Counted from the stretch's first letter, positions 7,524 through 17,248 are shown. The stretch: DNA of 30,359 nucleotides from Gemmatimonadota bacterium (GCA_046758745.1 JBHIAV010000034.1:1-30359), one strand, 5' to 3'. The notes: generated from the sequence alone by a model not told the origin. A program made the numbers and translations.

Positions 7524-8681
7524 TCAGTCCAGGGCGTCGCGCAGCGCGTCGCACAGTGCCTCGCCATCTCTCGGATCGTTGTACACGTTGGGGGAGATCC
7601 GCACCGCGCTCGCGCGCAGCGAGACGTACACACGACGAGCGGCGAAAGCCGACTGGAGTCGCCCGAGATCGACACCGGGAGGGAGCCGCAGACCGAAGAG
7701 GTGAGGTGCCCGCCACACCGCTTCTTCGACCCACACATCCAGGTCCCGGACTCCTTCGACCATCTCATGGACGAGCCGGGCGCAGTAGTTCCGAATCGAG
7801 GCGATTCCCCACTCGAGCAGTTGACCGATCGCGGCGATCAGCATCGGCACTCGGATGAAGTCCGACCGCTCACCGACGTCGTAGCGGAGCGCCGCCGGAC
7901 GGTAGTCATCCCGGTACTCCGCGATACGCCGGAAGTCCTCGCTAGCCGGCTTCGCGAGCCATGCCTCTTCCAGGGGACGTCCACCGTCGTAGCGAGGCCC
8001 ATAGTACGCGAGGCCTATGGAGTAGGGACCGAGCAGCCACTTGTAGGCGGCACAAACCAGCGCGTCCGGGCGGATCGCCGCGACATCGAACGGTGCGGCC
8101 CCCAGCGTCTGCGTGCCATCTATGACCAGCGCCGCGCCCACGTCGCGGGCCCGCGTCCCGATCGCCTGGAGGTCGAAGCGGGTGCCGTCGGTCCAGTGAT
8201 GGTGCGGAAGGGCGACGATGGCCGTGTCGCCGTCGATCGCCTCCAGTAGCCGGGCGTTCCACTCCTCACCTCTTCCCTCCCCCACCTCCGGCGCGGCGAC
8301 GGTGCGCAGCTCGAGACACCGCTCCGCGCACAGGACGCGCCACGGATATACGTTGCTCGGGAATTGCTCAGCGGAGACCACGATGTTCTGCCCGGTGCGC
8401 GCCGTCTCGTTGCGAGCGACCACGCCGATCCCGTACGAGACCGAAGGAACGATCGCCACCCGCTGCGAGTCCGGTGCGTGCACCAGCCGGGCGAAGAGGG
8501 CACGGAGCGCATCGCAGTCCCGGAAGAAGTCGTCGGAGCGGATCCCCGCCGGGTCGCGCTTGCGGGCCATCCCCGTGACGCCCGCTTCCTCGACCCGGCG
8601 GGAGAGAGGGGACATGTAGGCACAGTTCAGGTAATGCAGCCCCTCGGGAAGGGTGAAGTCCGCACGCCGGCAGGTCAGCAT
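7524..8681 (-). CDS. Class V PLP-dependent aminotransferase-family enzyme (C-S lyase/kynureninase-like fold)
   Basis: ATG at 8681 (MLTCRRADF) inside track ORF 7524..9491. Motifs YLNCAYMSP, EQFPSN, IDGTQ, AAYKWLLGP (PLP lysine) and VRISP. Confidence 0.85.
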   Translation of the reverse strand: MLTCRRADFTLPEGLHYLNCAYMSPLSRRVEEAGVTGMARKRDPAGIRSDDFFRDCDALRALFARLVHAPDSQRVAIVPSVSYGIGVVARNETARTGQNIVVSAEQFPSNVYPWRVLCAERCLELRTVAAPEVGEGRGEEWNARLLEAIDGDTAIVALPHHHWTDGTRFDLQAIGTRARDVGAALVIDGTQTLGAAPFDVAAIRPDALVCAAYKWLLGPYSIGLAYYGPRYDGGRPLEEAWLAKPASEDFRRIAEYRDDYRPAALRYDVGERSDFIRVPMLIAAIGQLLEWGIASIRNYCARLVHEMVEGVRDLDVWVEEAVWRAPHLFGLRLPPGVDLGRLQSAFAARRVYVSLRASAVRISPNVYNDPRDGEALCDALRDALD

Positions 8682-8791
8682 CGGCCGCCCCCTGCGCCCG
8701 TCCGCTCCCTCCTCGGGGCTCGCGGCGCACTCACCTGACGGAATCCCACTCGCCGTCGACCCCTCTGCCCCACGGAAAAGCGCCGGACCGA

Positions 8792-10462
8792 TCAGCGCGC
8801 CCGGCGGCCGGCCTTGCCGAGCCCGATGGCGGCGATCGCCACGGCCGCCACGAACGCGGCCACCCAGCCGACCACGTCTCCCGCCCGGGAGTAGACCGTC
8901 CGGCCGTCCGTGGTGAGCACCTCGGTCACGAACGCATCCGGCGTGAACAGCTCCGTGCCGTGGTGCATCCTCCCGAGAGGATCGACCACGCCGGAGATGC
9001 CGGTGTTGGCCGACCGGGCGATCCCCACCCGGTTCTCGATCGCTCGCATCACGAGGTGCGCGGGGTGTTGCCACAGCGCGTTGCTTCGGCTCCACCACGG
9101 CTCCGCCCGACCGAACCAGGCATCGTTCGTGATGTTGACGAGGAAGTCGGCTCCGCCCCGTCGGTGCCGCCGCGACAGGTCGGCGAAGATCGACTCGTAG
9201 CACACGAGCGCGCCGAAGCGGAGGCCATCGACCTCCAGCAGCTGCGGACTTCGGCCCACGCCGAACCCGCCGAAGTACTCGAGCCCGCGGAACCAGCGCG
9301 GATCGACGAAGGGTACCCGCTCCACCACAGGGACCAAATACCGCTTGTGATAGGATCCCGCGCGCTTCCCCGCACGATCGACCAGCAGGGCCGAGTTGTA
9401 GTACTCGTACTCGCCGCCTCCGAGGTCGCGCGAGCCGATGGCCCCGAAGAGCACGCCGGCGTCGAGCCGGCGCGCCAGAGCGCCGACCCACGCGTGCAGC
9501 TCCGGCCGCCCGGTGTAGCTTCGGGATGGGATCGGGTCGACGAGCACCGGCAGGACGGTCTCCGGGAGGATCAGAAGATCGAGATCGGAGTCCGACGCCA
9601 CGAGGTGGGCGCTCACCAGCCGCTCCACGGAGACGCGGGCGCTGTCCACGGCGACCTCCCGGTCCAGCTTGAGGTCCTCCGCGATGTTGGGCTGGATCAC
9701 GGCGACGCGCGCGGCGGGGCGCATCTCGAGGGTCGTCCAGCGGACGAGCGAATAGGCGAGGGGGATCGCGAGCGTCGCCGCCGCCGCCAGCGCGAGGCGG
9801 AGCCTCCGGCGGGGGGCGCCCTCGCTACCCTCCGCGCGCGCCCTGCCGGCCCCCCCGCCGGGGCCAGTCTCCGGCGCAGGAGCGCTCTCCGGCGTAGGGA
9901 CCATCTCCGCCAACAGGCCGTTGAACAAGGCGAGCCAGAAGGTCAGCCCGCGGGACCCCACGATGTCGGCGGAGCCGATGAGCCACGGAAATCCCGACAG
10001 CGTGTCGCCCAACCCCATCCAGGGAAACGCCACCTCGCCGAGGTGCCCCCGTACCCACTCCATGGCCGTCCAGAAGACCGGTAGCCCCACCCACACGGGC
10101 CATCCGAGCCGGATGCGGGCCAGGTGCATGGCCAGCGTGGCCAGAGAGAGAAAGAGAGCCAGGATGACGAGCGGGGCGAGGAAGGCCAGCACGGCCAACC
10201 AGGTGTAGAAGATCAGGGCGACTACCAGCCAGTAGAAGACGAGGGAGAAGTACACCAGACCGAGCAGGAAGCCGCCGCGAAGAGCCGCGCTCCGTCCTTC
10301 CTCGCCCGGTGGAAGGCGGCGCAGCCACGCGGCGAATGGCACGAGCGCCACGAAGGAAGGGAGGAGGAGATGAAACGGGGGATGCGCCAGACCCAGCAGC
10401 AGCCCGCTGGCCAGCAGCCATCCGCTGCGGGCCGGCGGCCGCAGGAGGACCGGGGCCTTCAA
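8792..10462 (-). CDS. lnt: Apolipoprotein N-acyltransferase
   Basis: Multiple TM helices and FPW; nitrilase-fold motifs QPNI, LPET, YNSA, YHKRYLVP, CYES, NITNDAW, RAIE and RSANTGIS (E-K-C triad present). The TTG start overlaps the upstream stop (TTGA). Confidence 0.95.
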   Translation of the reverse strand: MKAPVLLRPPARSGWLLASGLLLGLAHPPFHLLLPSFVALVPFAAWLRRLPPGEEGRSAALRGGFLLGLVYFSLVFYWLVVALIFYTWLAVLAFLAPLVILALFLSLATLAMHLARIRLGWPVWVGLPVFWTAMEWVRGHLGEVAFPWMGLGDTLSGFPWLIGSADIVGSRGLTFWLALFNGLLAEMVPTPESAPAPETGPGGGAGRARAEGSEGAPRRRLRLALAAAATLAIPLAYSLVRWTTLEMRPAARVAVIQPNIAEDLKLDREVAVDSARVSVERLVSAHLVASDSDLDLLILPETVLPVLVDPIPSRSYTGRPELHAWVGALARRLDAGVLFGAIGSRDLGGGEYEYYNSALLVDRAGKRAGSYHKRYLVPVVERVPFVDPRWFRGLEYFGGFGVGRSPQLLEVDGLRFGALVCYESIFADLSRRHRRGGADFLVNITNDAWFGRAEPWWSRSNALWQHPAHLVMRAIENRVGIARSANTGISGVVDPLGRMHHGTELFTPDAFVTEVLTTDGRTVYSRAGDVVGWVAAFVAAVAIAAIGLGKAGRRAR

Positions 10463-11454
10463 ACCGCTACCTCACGTCCCTCCTCCGCCGAGCGGTAGCA
10501 CGCCTCGAGGACCTGCAGGAGGTGCACCTGCTCGTCCGGCGACTCCATCGGCTTCTCTCCGCGCACCAGACGCAGGAACTCGGCCCACTCCTGCCGATAA
10601 GAGTCCGTGTAAAGATCAGAGCCGGACCGGTCAAGCGGCGGGGTCACGTCGATGAGGCCGGTCTCCATCTCCTTCTGCACCCGGAACGGAGCGGTCCGCG
10701 CCGAGCCCCTGGTACCGAAGACGTACAGCGCGTGACGGTCGCGCTCCTCCATCAGCTCCCAGGTCGCCTCCACGCTGATCGTGGCTCCACCGGTGAGGGA
10801 GAGAAGGGCCACGGCGGAATCATCGACGACCCCCTCCCCCCGGTGGAACCTCGCCGTCACCCGCTGCACGGCCGGATAGCCGAGCAGCCACAGCGCGACG
10901 TCGATCGCCTGCGCGCCGAGGTCCATCATCACGCCGCCTCCGGCCTGCGTGCGCCATCCCCGCCTCGGCCGGCGGTAGCGTTGGTTTAGCCACGAGCTGC
11001 GCACGAAGAAGACATCGCCCAGCTCGCCGCTCGTCACAAAGTGCCGGATGGCGCGTACGTCGTAGCGAAAGCGCTGGTTCATCGCCACCATGAGCTGCCG
11101 CTCCGCGCTGCGGGCGGCTTCGATCATCCGAGCGGCCGACGGCGCGGAGACGGAGAGCGGTCGCTCGCACAGGACGTGCAGGCCCCGGTGCAGAGCGGAG
11201 AGGACCACCTCCTCGTGCGTGTGGTTCGGGGTACAGACCACGACGGCTTCCAGCTGATCGGCGCCGGCGAGATCGGAAAGGGAGCGGGCAACCCCGGGTA
11301 TGTGAAAGCGCTCCGCGATCGTGCGGGCTCGCGTCAGCTCGGGATCCACGATCCCCACCACCTCCACAGCCGGAAGGCGTTTCAGGATCGGGAGGTGAAC
11401 GACCTGAGCCGCCCCGCCCGCACCGATCACCGCGACGCGCACGTCTCTCGCCAT
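10459..11454 (-). CDS. Gfo/Idh/MocA family oxidoreductase-like protein
   Basis: N-terminal Rossmann VAVIGAG, VCTPNHTH, HVLCERP, MNQRF and GGGVMMDLG motifs. Confidence 0.9.
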   Translation of the reverse strand: MARDVRVAVIGAGGAAQVVHLPILKRLPAVEVVGIVDPELTRARTIAERFHIPGVARSLSDLAGADQLEAVVVCTPNHTHEEVVLSALHRGLHVLCERPLSVSAPSAARMIEAARSAERQLMVAMNQRFRYDVRAIRHFVTSGELGDVFFVRSSWLNQRYRRPRRGWRTQAGGGVMMDLGAQAIDVALWLLGYPAVQRVTARFHRGEGVVDDSAVALLSLTGGATISVEATWELMEERDRHALYVFGTRGSARTAPFRVQKEMETGLIDVTPPLDRSGSDLYTDSYRQEWAEFLRLVRGEKPMESPDEQVHLLQVLEACYRSAEEGREVAV

Positions 11455-11502
11455 CGAGTCCCGCTATCCTCGAGCGGCAGCTGCGCCGGTCACGGCTCCG
11501 AG

Positions 11503-12249
11503 CTAGCGCCCTGGGGTGAACATGAGACCGCCCGTCAGCATGACGTTCCTCACGTCCGTGACCAGGGTCCCTCGAATCTCCGCGTACACGCGAACGCCGC
11601 GCCCGACCGACAGCTCGAGTCCCCCGACGGCCGACACCCCTGCCGTGACGAGGTCGAGGGCGTCCTCGACGAACGTGTCATCGATCGCCGCGCCGGAGCC
11701 GTTGAGGATGTATACATCCGCCCCGAGGCCGAAGTAGGGGGAGAGAACGGGTAACGCGGGCGCCCACTGCACATCGGCCCCGAAGATGAACACGTCTCGC
11801 TCGATCTCCCCCAGGTCGAGCGCGCTGTCCGGAAGCTCGACCAGCTCCTGGATCCGGGCCGCGAGCTCTTCCACCTCCTCGTCCTGCACGTCAGCCCCCC
11901 AAAAGGCGAAGCGGGGCATGACCCGCACCTGAGGCCCGAGAAACCCCAGGTCGAGCCGGAGACCGACGGCCGCCGTCTCATCCATCGACTTCGCGTCGAC
12001 GAAGCTCACGTCGCCGCCGATCCCGCGGAAGCCGAGATTCATGTAGTCGTAGTCGGCCAGCCCCTGGGCCGGCGCGCCCGACGGCCACGCGAGCAGCACC
12101 AGGACCGCCGGCACGATCGCGCCCCACCGCGGTCGCCTCCGGAGCGTTCGGCGCCTCACCAGCCCTTCCCGCTGCGTCATCCGCCCTCCCCGCTGCGTCC
12201 TCCACCCTCTCCGATCCCGATGCGTCATCCGCTCTCCCCGCTGCGTCAT
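11503..12249 (-). CDS. Small outer-membrane beta-barrel protein (hypothetical); alternative in-frame ATGs at 12228 and 12180
   Basis: Basic n-region and hydrophobic h-region with an APA|Q signal-peptidase site; amphipathic strands (GLRLDLG, SPYFGLGADVY, VYAEIRG); C-terminal GLMF strand. The ATG at 12249 overlaps the upstream stop (ATGA). Confidence 0.7.
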   Translation of the reverse strand: MTQRGERMTHRDRRGWRTQRGGRMTQREGLVRRRTLRRRPRWGAIVPAVLVLLAWPSGAPAQGLADYDYMNLGFRGIGGDVSFVDAKSMDETAAVGLRLDLGFLGPQVRVMPRFAFWGADVQDEEVEELAARIQELVELPDSALDLGEIERDVFIFGADVQWAPALPVLSPYFGLGADVYILNGSGAAIDDTFVEDALDLVTAGVSAVGGLELSVGRGVRVYAEIRGTLVTDVRNVMLTGGLMFTPGR

Positions 12250-12261
12250 TCGCCCTCCCCG
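12162..12261. repeat. Imperfect 21-bp tandem repeat, about 4.5 copies
   Basis: GCCCTTCCCGCTGCGTCATCC (12162-82), GCCCTCCCCGCTGCGTCCTCC (12183-203), ACCCTCTCCGATCCCGATGCGTCATCC (12204-30, 6 nt longer), GCTCTCCCCGCTGCGTCATTC (12231-51), GCCCTCCCCG (12252-61). Confidence 0.9.
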
Positions 12262-13646
12262 TACAGTCTCGTCACCTCCGTACCCACGTAATAGGCGCGC
12301 ACGATCTTCTCCCAGCTCTGCCCCGCGCGCGCACGTCCGACCGCTCCGAACTGACACATCCCCACTCCGTGGCCGTACCCCCGCCCGTGCAGGCTCGAAC
12401 CGGTTCCCTTCTCCCCGTCCACCACGTCGAAGTTGGTCGAGTTCAGGATCTGCCCCTCCGCATTGCGCAGCACGAAGCGGATATCGTTCCTGGAGAGCAC
12501 GAACTCGCTTCCCGGCCCGCGAATGGCGAGCTCCCTCACCCGTCCCGTTCGGGTGCGGCTGCGCACTTCTACTCGTTCGAGCGGGCCGATCTCCCTCTCC
12601 GTGACACCGAAATAGCGGGCGAGCTCCTCGCGTACGACAGCGTTCAGCGCGCTCCCGTCGAACTCCTCCGTCCACCGGTATCTTGGTGAGATGGAGCAGA
12701 AATCCCGTCCCTCGTCGTCGCGGTCGAGAACGGGCCGAAGATAGGGAGCGTCCGGACGGTCCAACACCTCGGTAACCGCGGCGGTCCGGCCGCCGCAGGT
12801 GGAGTGATAGTACGCCCGAATCGGCTCTCCCTGATACGTGAGGATGCGCCCGGCCGTCTCGCGCACGGCGCGCGTCGCGTCTTCGCGCTCGGCCAGCATC
12901 CCCTCGTACACCTGGTCAGCCACCGTAGCGAAGAGGTCGAATCCCATCTCGAGGTGGGAACCGAGGTTCGCGATGGCATAGGTGCGCGCCGCGATCGCCT
13001 GGGCGGCGACGGCGGCGAACTCCTCCGGCTCGCGCGGCCCTATCTCGCTCGGCACGACGCCGAGCAGGTAGTCCTCGAGCGACACAAAATTGATGACGTT
13101 GAGCCCCCGGTGCGGAAGGGCGACCAGCTCGGCCGAGCCGCGGTAGGGCTTGCCGTGCAGGAAGATCGGGGCGTCTCCCTCCCGCACCTCCACGGTTACG
13201 GCACGAAGTGCCCGACCGCTCGTCTCCGGTGAGGGAGCGCCGGCCTCCGAAGCCGACGTGGCCGGTCGTTCGAACGCGTCGGCGCCGTCCGCGCGCCCCG
13301 CCGGCATCGCATCGAGAACGCCATCCTGCGCACGGAACCGCCACACATCGTGCGGCCCGGCCAGCGCCGCCACCCGACCGTCGTCGCGGTCGAGGATGCG
13401 CAGGCCGCCGGGTGAGGAGACCGTCGTGGTTTCGACGGCCACCTGCACCGCCACGCGAACCCGGGGCTCCATGAAACGTGTGCGGTCCAGAGCGCCGCTC
13501 GGCATGCGGACGGCTCGGGGAATGGGCTGTGGAAAAGGCGCTTCCGCGGGGTGGCAGGCCCCACCCGTGAGAACGACCGCGGCCAGCCAGGCAGCCGCGT
13601 GCCGGCGAGCCGCCGGCCGTGGGGCCCGCGCGGCACGTCCTTCCAC
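12246..13646 (-). CDS. SpoIID/LytB-domain lytic transglycosylase, probable lipoprotein; start uncertain
   Basis: YRG, INFVSLEDYLLGVVPSE (catalytic Glu), AQAIAARTYA, DQVY, YYHSTCGG and GHGVGMCQFGA motifs; lipobox-like WLAAVVLTGGA|C. The GTG at 13646 was chosen as the first plausible start downstream of the hemL stop. Confidence 0.88.
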   Translation of the reverse strand: MEGRAARAPRPAARRHAAAWLAAVVLTGGACHPAEAPFPQPIPRAVRMPSGALDRTRFMEPRVRVAVQVAVETTTVSSPGGLRILDRDDGRVAALAGPHDVWRFRAQDGVLDAMPAGRADGADAFERPATSASEAGAPSPETSGRALRAVTVEVREGDAPIFLHGKPYRGSAELVALPHRGLNVINFVSLEDYLLGVVPSEIGPREPEEFAAVAAQAIAARTYAIANLGSHLEMGFDLFATVADQVYEGMLAEREDATRAVRETAGRILTYQGEPIRAYYHSTCGGRTAAVTEVLDRPDAPYLRPVLDRDDEGRDFCSISPRYRWTEEFDGSALNAVVREELARYFGVTEREIGPLERVEVRSRTRTGRVRELAIRGPGSEFVLSRNDIRFVLRNAEGQILNSTNFDVVDGEKGTGSSLHGRGYGHGVGMCQFGAVGRARAGQSWEKIVRAYYVGTEVTRLYGEGE

Positions 13647-13707
13647 CCCCCGAGGTCGGGAGGCCGCCGGTCGCCCCGCCGGCGAGCGTACCCGGGCCCC
13701 CTCTCGT

Positions 13708-15000
13708 CTACACCCGAGCAGCGATGACCTCCAGGGCACCGGCCGCCGCTTCGATGGTGGCCTGAATCTCCGCGCGGGTATGGGCCGTCGAGAGGAAGCC
13801 GGCCTCGAATGCGGAGGGGGCGAAGAACACGCCGCGGGCGAGGCACTCGTGAAAGTAGCGGCCGTACAGCTCTGCATCGGCCCGTTTCGCATCCGCGTAG
13901 TCCCCGGCGGGCTCCGAAACACCGAAGAAGACGCCCCACATGGAGCCGAGATGCCCCCCGGCCGCCGGCACCCCTGAGCGCGCGGCCGCCTCCAGGATCC
14001 CCTGCACGAGGAGATCCGTCATCTCCTCGAGCGCGGCGTACGGGTCCTCTCGCTCCAGCACGCGCAGCTGGGCGAGTCCGGCTGCCATCGCCAGCGGGTT
14101 GCCGCTCAGCGTGCCCGCCTGATACACCGGACCGAGCGGCGCCACGCGCTCCATCAGGTCGCGTGGGCCTCCGTAGGCACCGACGGGCAGGCCACCTCCC
14201 AGCACCTTGCCGAGAGTCGTGAGGTCCGGCCGAACCCCGAAGCGCTCCTGCGCCCCGCCGCGGGCCACGCGGAAGCCCGTCATCACTTCGTCGAAGATGA
14301 GGAGCGCCCCGTGCGACTCGGTCAGCTCTCGCAGCCCGCCGAGGAAGCCGGGTGCGGGTGGAATGAATCCCGCGTTTCCGATCACCGGCTCGACGATCAC
14401 CGCCGCGATCGCGTCCGGCCTGCGCTCGAAGGCCAGCCTCACCACCTCCAAATCATTGTACGGAAGGGCGAGAGTCAACCGCGAAAGGGGTTCCGGCACC
14501 CCGGCGGAGTCGGGCAGCCCGAGTGTCGCCACCCCCGAACCCGCCTGGACCAGGAAGGAGTCGGCGTGCCCATGGTAGCAGCCCTCGAACTTGACGATGA
14601 CGTCGCGTCCGGTGACGCCGCGGGCGAGACGCACCGCCGACATCGTCGCCTCGGTCCCGCTGTTGACGAAGCGCACCTGCTCGATCGATGGGAACCAGCC
14701 TGTCACGAGCTCGGCCAGCTCCACTTCCGCCTGCACCGGCGTGCCGAAGGTGAGGCCACCCGTCGCCGTCTGCCGGACCGCCTCGATGACCTCGGGGTGG
14801 GCGTGGCCGAGGATGAGGGGACCCCACGAGAGAACGTAGTCGATGTAGCGCGCACCGGCTGCGTCGTGCAGGAAGGGACCCTCCCCGCGGACTGCGAAGA
14901 AGGGGTCACCCCCGACGGCCCGAAAGGCCCGTACCGGTGAGCTGACGCCTCCCGGCATCACGGCTCGGGCCCGCTCCCACAGGCCGGCCGCTCCGCTCAC
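13708..15000 (-). CDS. hemL: Glutamate-1-semialdehyde 2,1-aminomutase
   Basis: [67 protein letters not shown] and [10 protein letters not shown] motifs. The GTG at 15000 overlaps the rimO stop (GTGA). Confidence 0.97.
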   Translation of the reverse strand: MSGAAGLWERARAVMPGGVSSPVRAFRAVGGDPFFAVRGEGPFLHDAAGARYIDYVLSWGPLILGHAHPEVIEAVRQTATGGLTFGTPVQAEVELAELVTGWFPSIEQVRFVNSGTEATMSAVRLARGVTGRDVIVKFEGCYHGHADSFLVQAGSGVATLGLPDSAGVPEPLSRLTLALPYNDLEVVRLAFERRPDAIAAVIVEPVIGNAGFIPPAPGFLGGLRELTESHGALLIFDEVMTGFRVARGGAQERFGVRPDLTTLGKVLGGGLPVGAYGGPRDLMERVAPLGPVYQAGTLSGNPLAMAAGLAQLRVLEREDPYAALEEMTDLLVQGILEAAARSGVPAAGGHLGSMWGVFFGVSEPAGDYADAKRADAELYGRYFHECLARGVFFAPSAFEAGFLSTAHTRAEIQATIEAAAGALEVIAARV

Positions 15001-16433
15001 CTTCCCCACACGGCCTCGAGGCCGAGAGGCGCGACCGGGAGGGAGCGATGGATGGGGGGCGCGGCCGTCCGCCTTCCGTTCCGGGCCGGGGACGGCCGGG
15101 TGAGCGCCATCACCCGCGCCTGCAGGTCGTAGTCGGCGGCGGCGGTCACCTGGACGTCGACCAGGTCCCCCGGGACGAGCGGGAAGGGCGCGTGCAGGAG
15201 GGTGAGGCCGTCCACGTCATCGGCCTGCGCGGCCGTGCGTCCGGTCCACACCGGTTCCCGTTCGCGTCCCGCTCCGGTGAGGTCTGCCTCGTGCCCGTCG
15301 ACGATCGCCGAACGCCTCCGCCCGACCTCCGCCGCCATCAGCTCCGCGCTGATCGCCCGCTGCACCTCCAGCAGCTCCTCCAACCGATCCTTCCCTACCT
15401 CCGGGGGAAGGAAGAGCCCATCCAGCTCGGCCGCCCGCGTCCCCGGTTGGGGAGAGAAGGCGAAAGCCCCGAGTCGGTCGAAGCGCACCTCCTCCATGAA
15501 GTCGAGCAGCGTTCGGAAATCCTCGTCCGTCTCGCCTGGAAAGCCGACCATCACCGTCGTGCGGAGCGTGAGGTCGGGGATGGCGGAGCGCATCCATCCG
15601 ATCTTCCGCAGGAGCGACTCCTGGCGCTCCGGCCTCCGCATGCGCTTGAGTACCTCGTCGCTCGCGTGCTGAATCGGCATGTCTACGTACGGGAGGATGC
15701 GCGGCTCGCAGGCAAGGAGTTCGACCAGAGGCTCGCGGATTCCCGCCGAATAGATGTATAGGAGGCGGAACCACGGGATCGTGGTCTCCTCGAGGAGGCG
15801 ACGGAGCAGGGCGACGACGTCGGTCCCGTCTCGAAGGTCGAGGCCGTAGTGCGCCAGGTCCTGCGCCACCAGGTTCAGCTCGACGGCTCCCTGTGCCTCG
15901 AGCCGCTGTGCCTCGGCCACGAGCTGCTCCGGCCCGAAGGAACGGTGGCGTCCCCGCCATATCGGGATCGCACAGAAAGCGCAGCCGTGATTGCAACCCT
16001 CGCTGACCTTGAGATACCGGACGTGGCGAGCCGAACCGAGGGGCATCCGCACGCCGGGATGGTCGGCGATCGGGTCGCCGATCAGGCCGCGCGCGCGGAG
16101 CTCCGGAAGGAGGCGACCCATGTCCCGCAGCCCCACGAACAGATCCACCTCGGGAAGCTCGGGTTCCAGTTCGTCGCGGTAGCGCTCCACCAGGCACCCG
16201 ACTGCGACGAGAACCCGGCACTTCCCCTCCTCCTTCAGGCGGCCGATCTGGAGAAGCGTTTCGATCGACTCCTCCTTCGCCGCGTCGATGAAGCCGCACG
16301 TGTTGACGAGGATGATCTCGGCCTCGCTGAGAGCCGGGGCCCTCTCGGCCCCGTGGCCGATCAGTGTGGCGAGGATACGCTCCGAGTCGACGGTGTTCTT
16401 GTCGCAGCCCAGGCTGACCAGGCCGAACTTCAT
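14997..16433 (-). CDS. rimO: Ribosomal protein S12 methylthiotransferase
   Basis: [25 protein letters not shown] and GCLVERY (UPF0004 domain); CNHGCAFC radical-SAM motif; AQD, DMPIQH and VGFPGET; C-terminal TRAM-like region. The ATG at 16433 overlaps the upstream stop. Confidence 0.93.
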   Translation of the reverse strand: MKFGLVSLGCDKNTVDSERILATLIGHGAERAPALSEAEIILVNTCGFIDAAKEESIETLLQIGRLKEEGKCRVLVAVGCLVERYRDELEPELPEVDLFVGLRDMGRLLPELRARGLIGDPIADHPGVRMPLGSARHVRYLKVSEGCNHGCAFCAIPIWRGRHRSFGPEQLVAEAQRLEAQGAVELNLVAQDLAHYGLDLRDGTDVVALLRRLLEETTIPWFRLLYIYSAGIREPLVELLACEPRILPYVDMPIQHASDEVLKRMRRPERQESLLRKIGWMRSAIPDLTLRTTVMVGFPGETDEDFRTLLDFMEEVRFDRLGAFAFSPQPGTRAAELDGLFLPPEVGKDRLEELLEVQRAISAELMAAEVGRRRSAIVDGHEADLTGAGREREPVWTGRTAAQADDVDGLTLLHAPFPLVPGDLVDVQVTAAADYDLQARVMALTRPSPARNGRRTAAPPIHRSLPVAPLGLEAVWGR

Positions 16434-17248
16434 CCCTCGAACACGTCGGTCCCGGGGGGCGGGGAGAAGCGGAACACCGAGTCGTCGATCGGAGCGTTGG
16501 GTTCTAGCTCGCGCAGCACCACCGTGCGCAGCGTCTCGTTTCGCTCCGTGATCTCGAACTTGCGCACCAGGTAGGAATCGACGTCGATCCACACTCGGAC
16601 GCGCCGGTAGGGAGAGTCGCCCGCAGGTGTGAGCGTGATGCGGTGGGCCGGAGAGCCGGCCACCTCCTCTCGGCCCTCGTACTCCGCCTCATACTTGTCC
16701 CGCGCCTCCTCGAAGATGCGACCCTGGAGGTCGACCATGCCGGCCCCCGTGACGGTGGCGTCGATCCCCGAGCGGATCACCTGGCCGGGGTGGGTGCTGG
16801 GATAATACAGCCACAGGTGATCGCCATCCGCCACGATCACGTCGCCTTGCGGATCCAGGAAATCCATCTTGAAGCGACCGCGACCCTTCTGGTACCACAC
16901 CCCAGTGCCCTCGCGACGACGCGCCAGCAGCGGGACCTCGATCGTCTGGTCGAAGATCGCCTGAAGAGAGCGGAGCTCCCTGTACACGGACTCGGCGCGA
17001 GACAGGAGAGCCCGCACATCCGTCTCCTGCGTCGTCCCCGGCCCAGCCGTGGGCATCGGCTGTGGGCGGGCCGCTGCCGCTGTCGTGTCGCTCGGCAGGG
17101 AGGGAGGCCGACCGTCAGCTCGCGCCGGCACGGCACCGCCGCGTGGCTCACACTGCTGGCCGGCGACGCTCACCGCCGGCGAGAGCACGAGGAGCGCCGT
17201 CGCCGCCAGGCTCGGCCCGCCGCTCAAGACTCGCCCTCTTCTCACCAT
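16430..17248 (-). CDS. lolA: Outer-membrane lipoprotein carrier protein LolA-like
   Basis: Signal peptide and Pro/Ala-rich extension; SLQAIFDQT, FKMDFLDP, IVADGDHLWLYYP and C-terminal FRFSPPPGTDV; position directly after ftsK; GGGGAGGG RBS before the ATG at 17248. Confidence 0.85.
   Translation of the reverse strand: MVRRGRVLSGGPSLAATALLVLSPAVSVAGQQCEPRGGAVPARADGRPPSLPSDTTAAAARPQPMPTAGPGTTQETDVRALLSRAESVYRELRSLQAIFDQTIEVPLLARRREGTGVWYQKGRGRFKMDFLDPQGDVIVADGDHLWLYYPSTHPGQVIRSGIDATVTGAGMVDLQGRIFEEARDKYEAEYEGREEVAGSPAHRITLTPAGDSPYRRVRVWIDVDSYLVRKFEITERNETLRTVVLRELEPNAPIDDSVFRFSPPPGTDVFEG

Noticed and set aside
5499..8681. Ergothioneine cluster (EgtA-like ligase plus EgtE-like lyase)
   Set aside because: The genes are convergent and no egtB, egtC or egtD is present in the window.
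9800..9905. Low-complexity insertion in Lnt (PTPESAPAPETGPGGGAG...) and similar inserts in SpoIID and LolA
   Set aside because: They are in-frame Pro/Ala/Gly loop expansions with no terminal repeats, shared sequence or intein motifs, as commonly seen in high-GC genomes.
12163..12260. Clustered KOPS-like GGGNAGGG octamers near ftsK
   Set aside because: They are explained by Shine-Dalgarno-like and Gly/Glu codon sequence within the repeat. The motif occurs on both strands elsewhere in the window, and the KOPS sequence is not established for this lineage.
12162..12261. CRISPR array
   Set aside because: The units are contiguous with no unique spacers, lie in coding sequence, and there are no cas genes.
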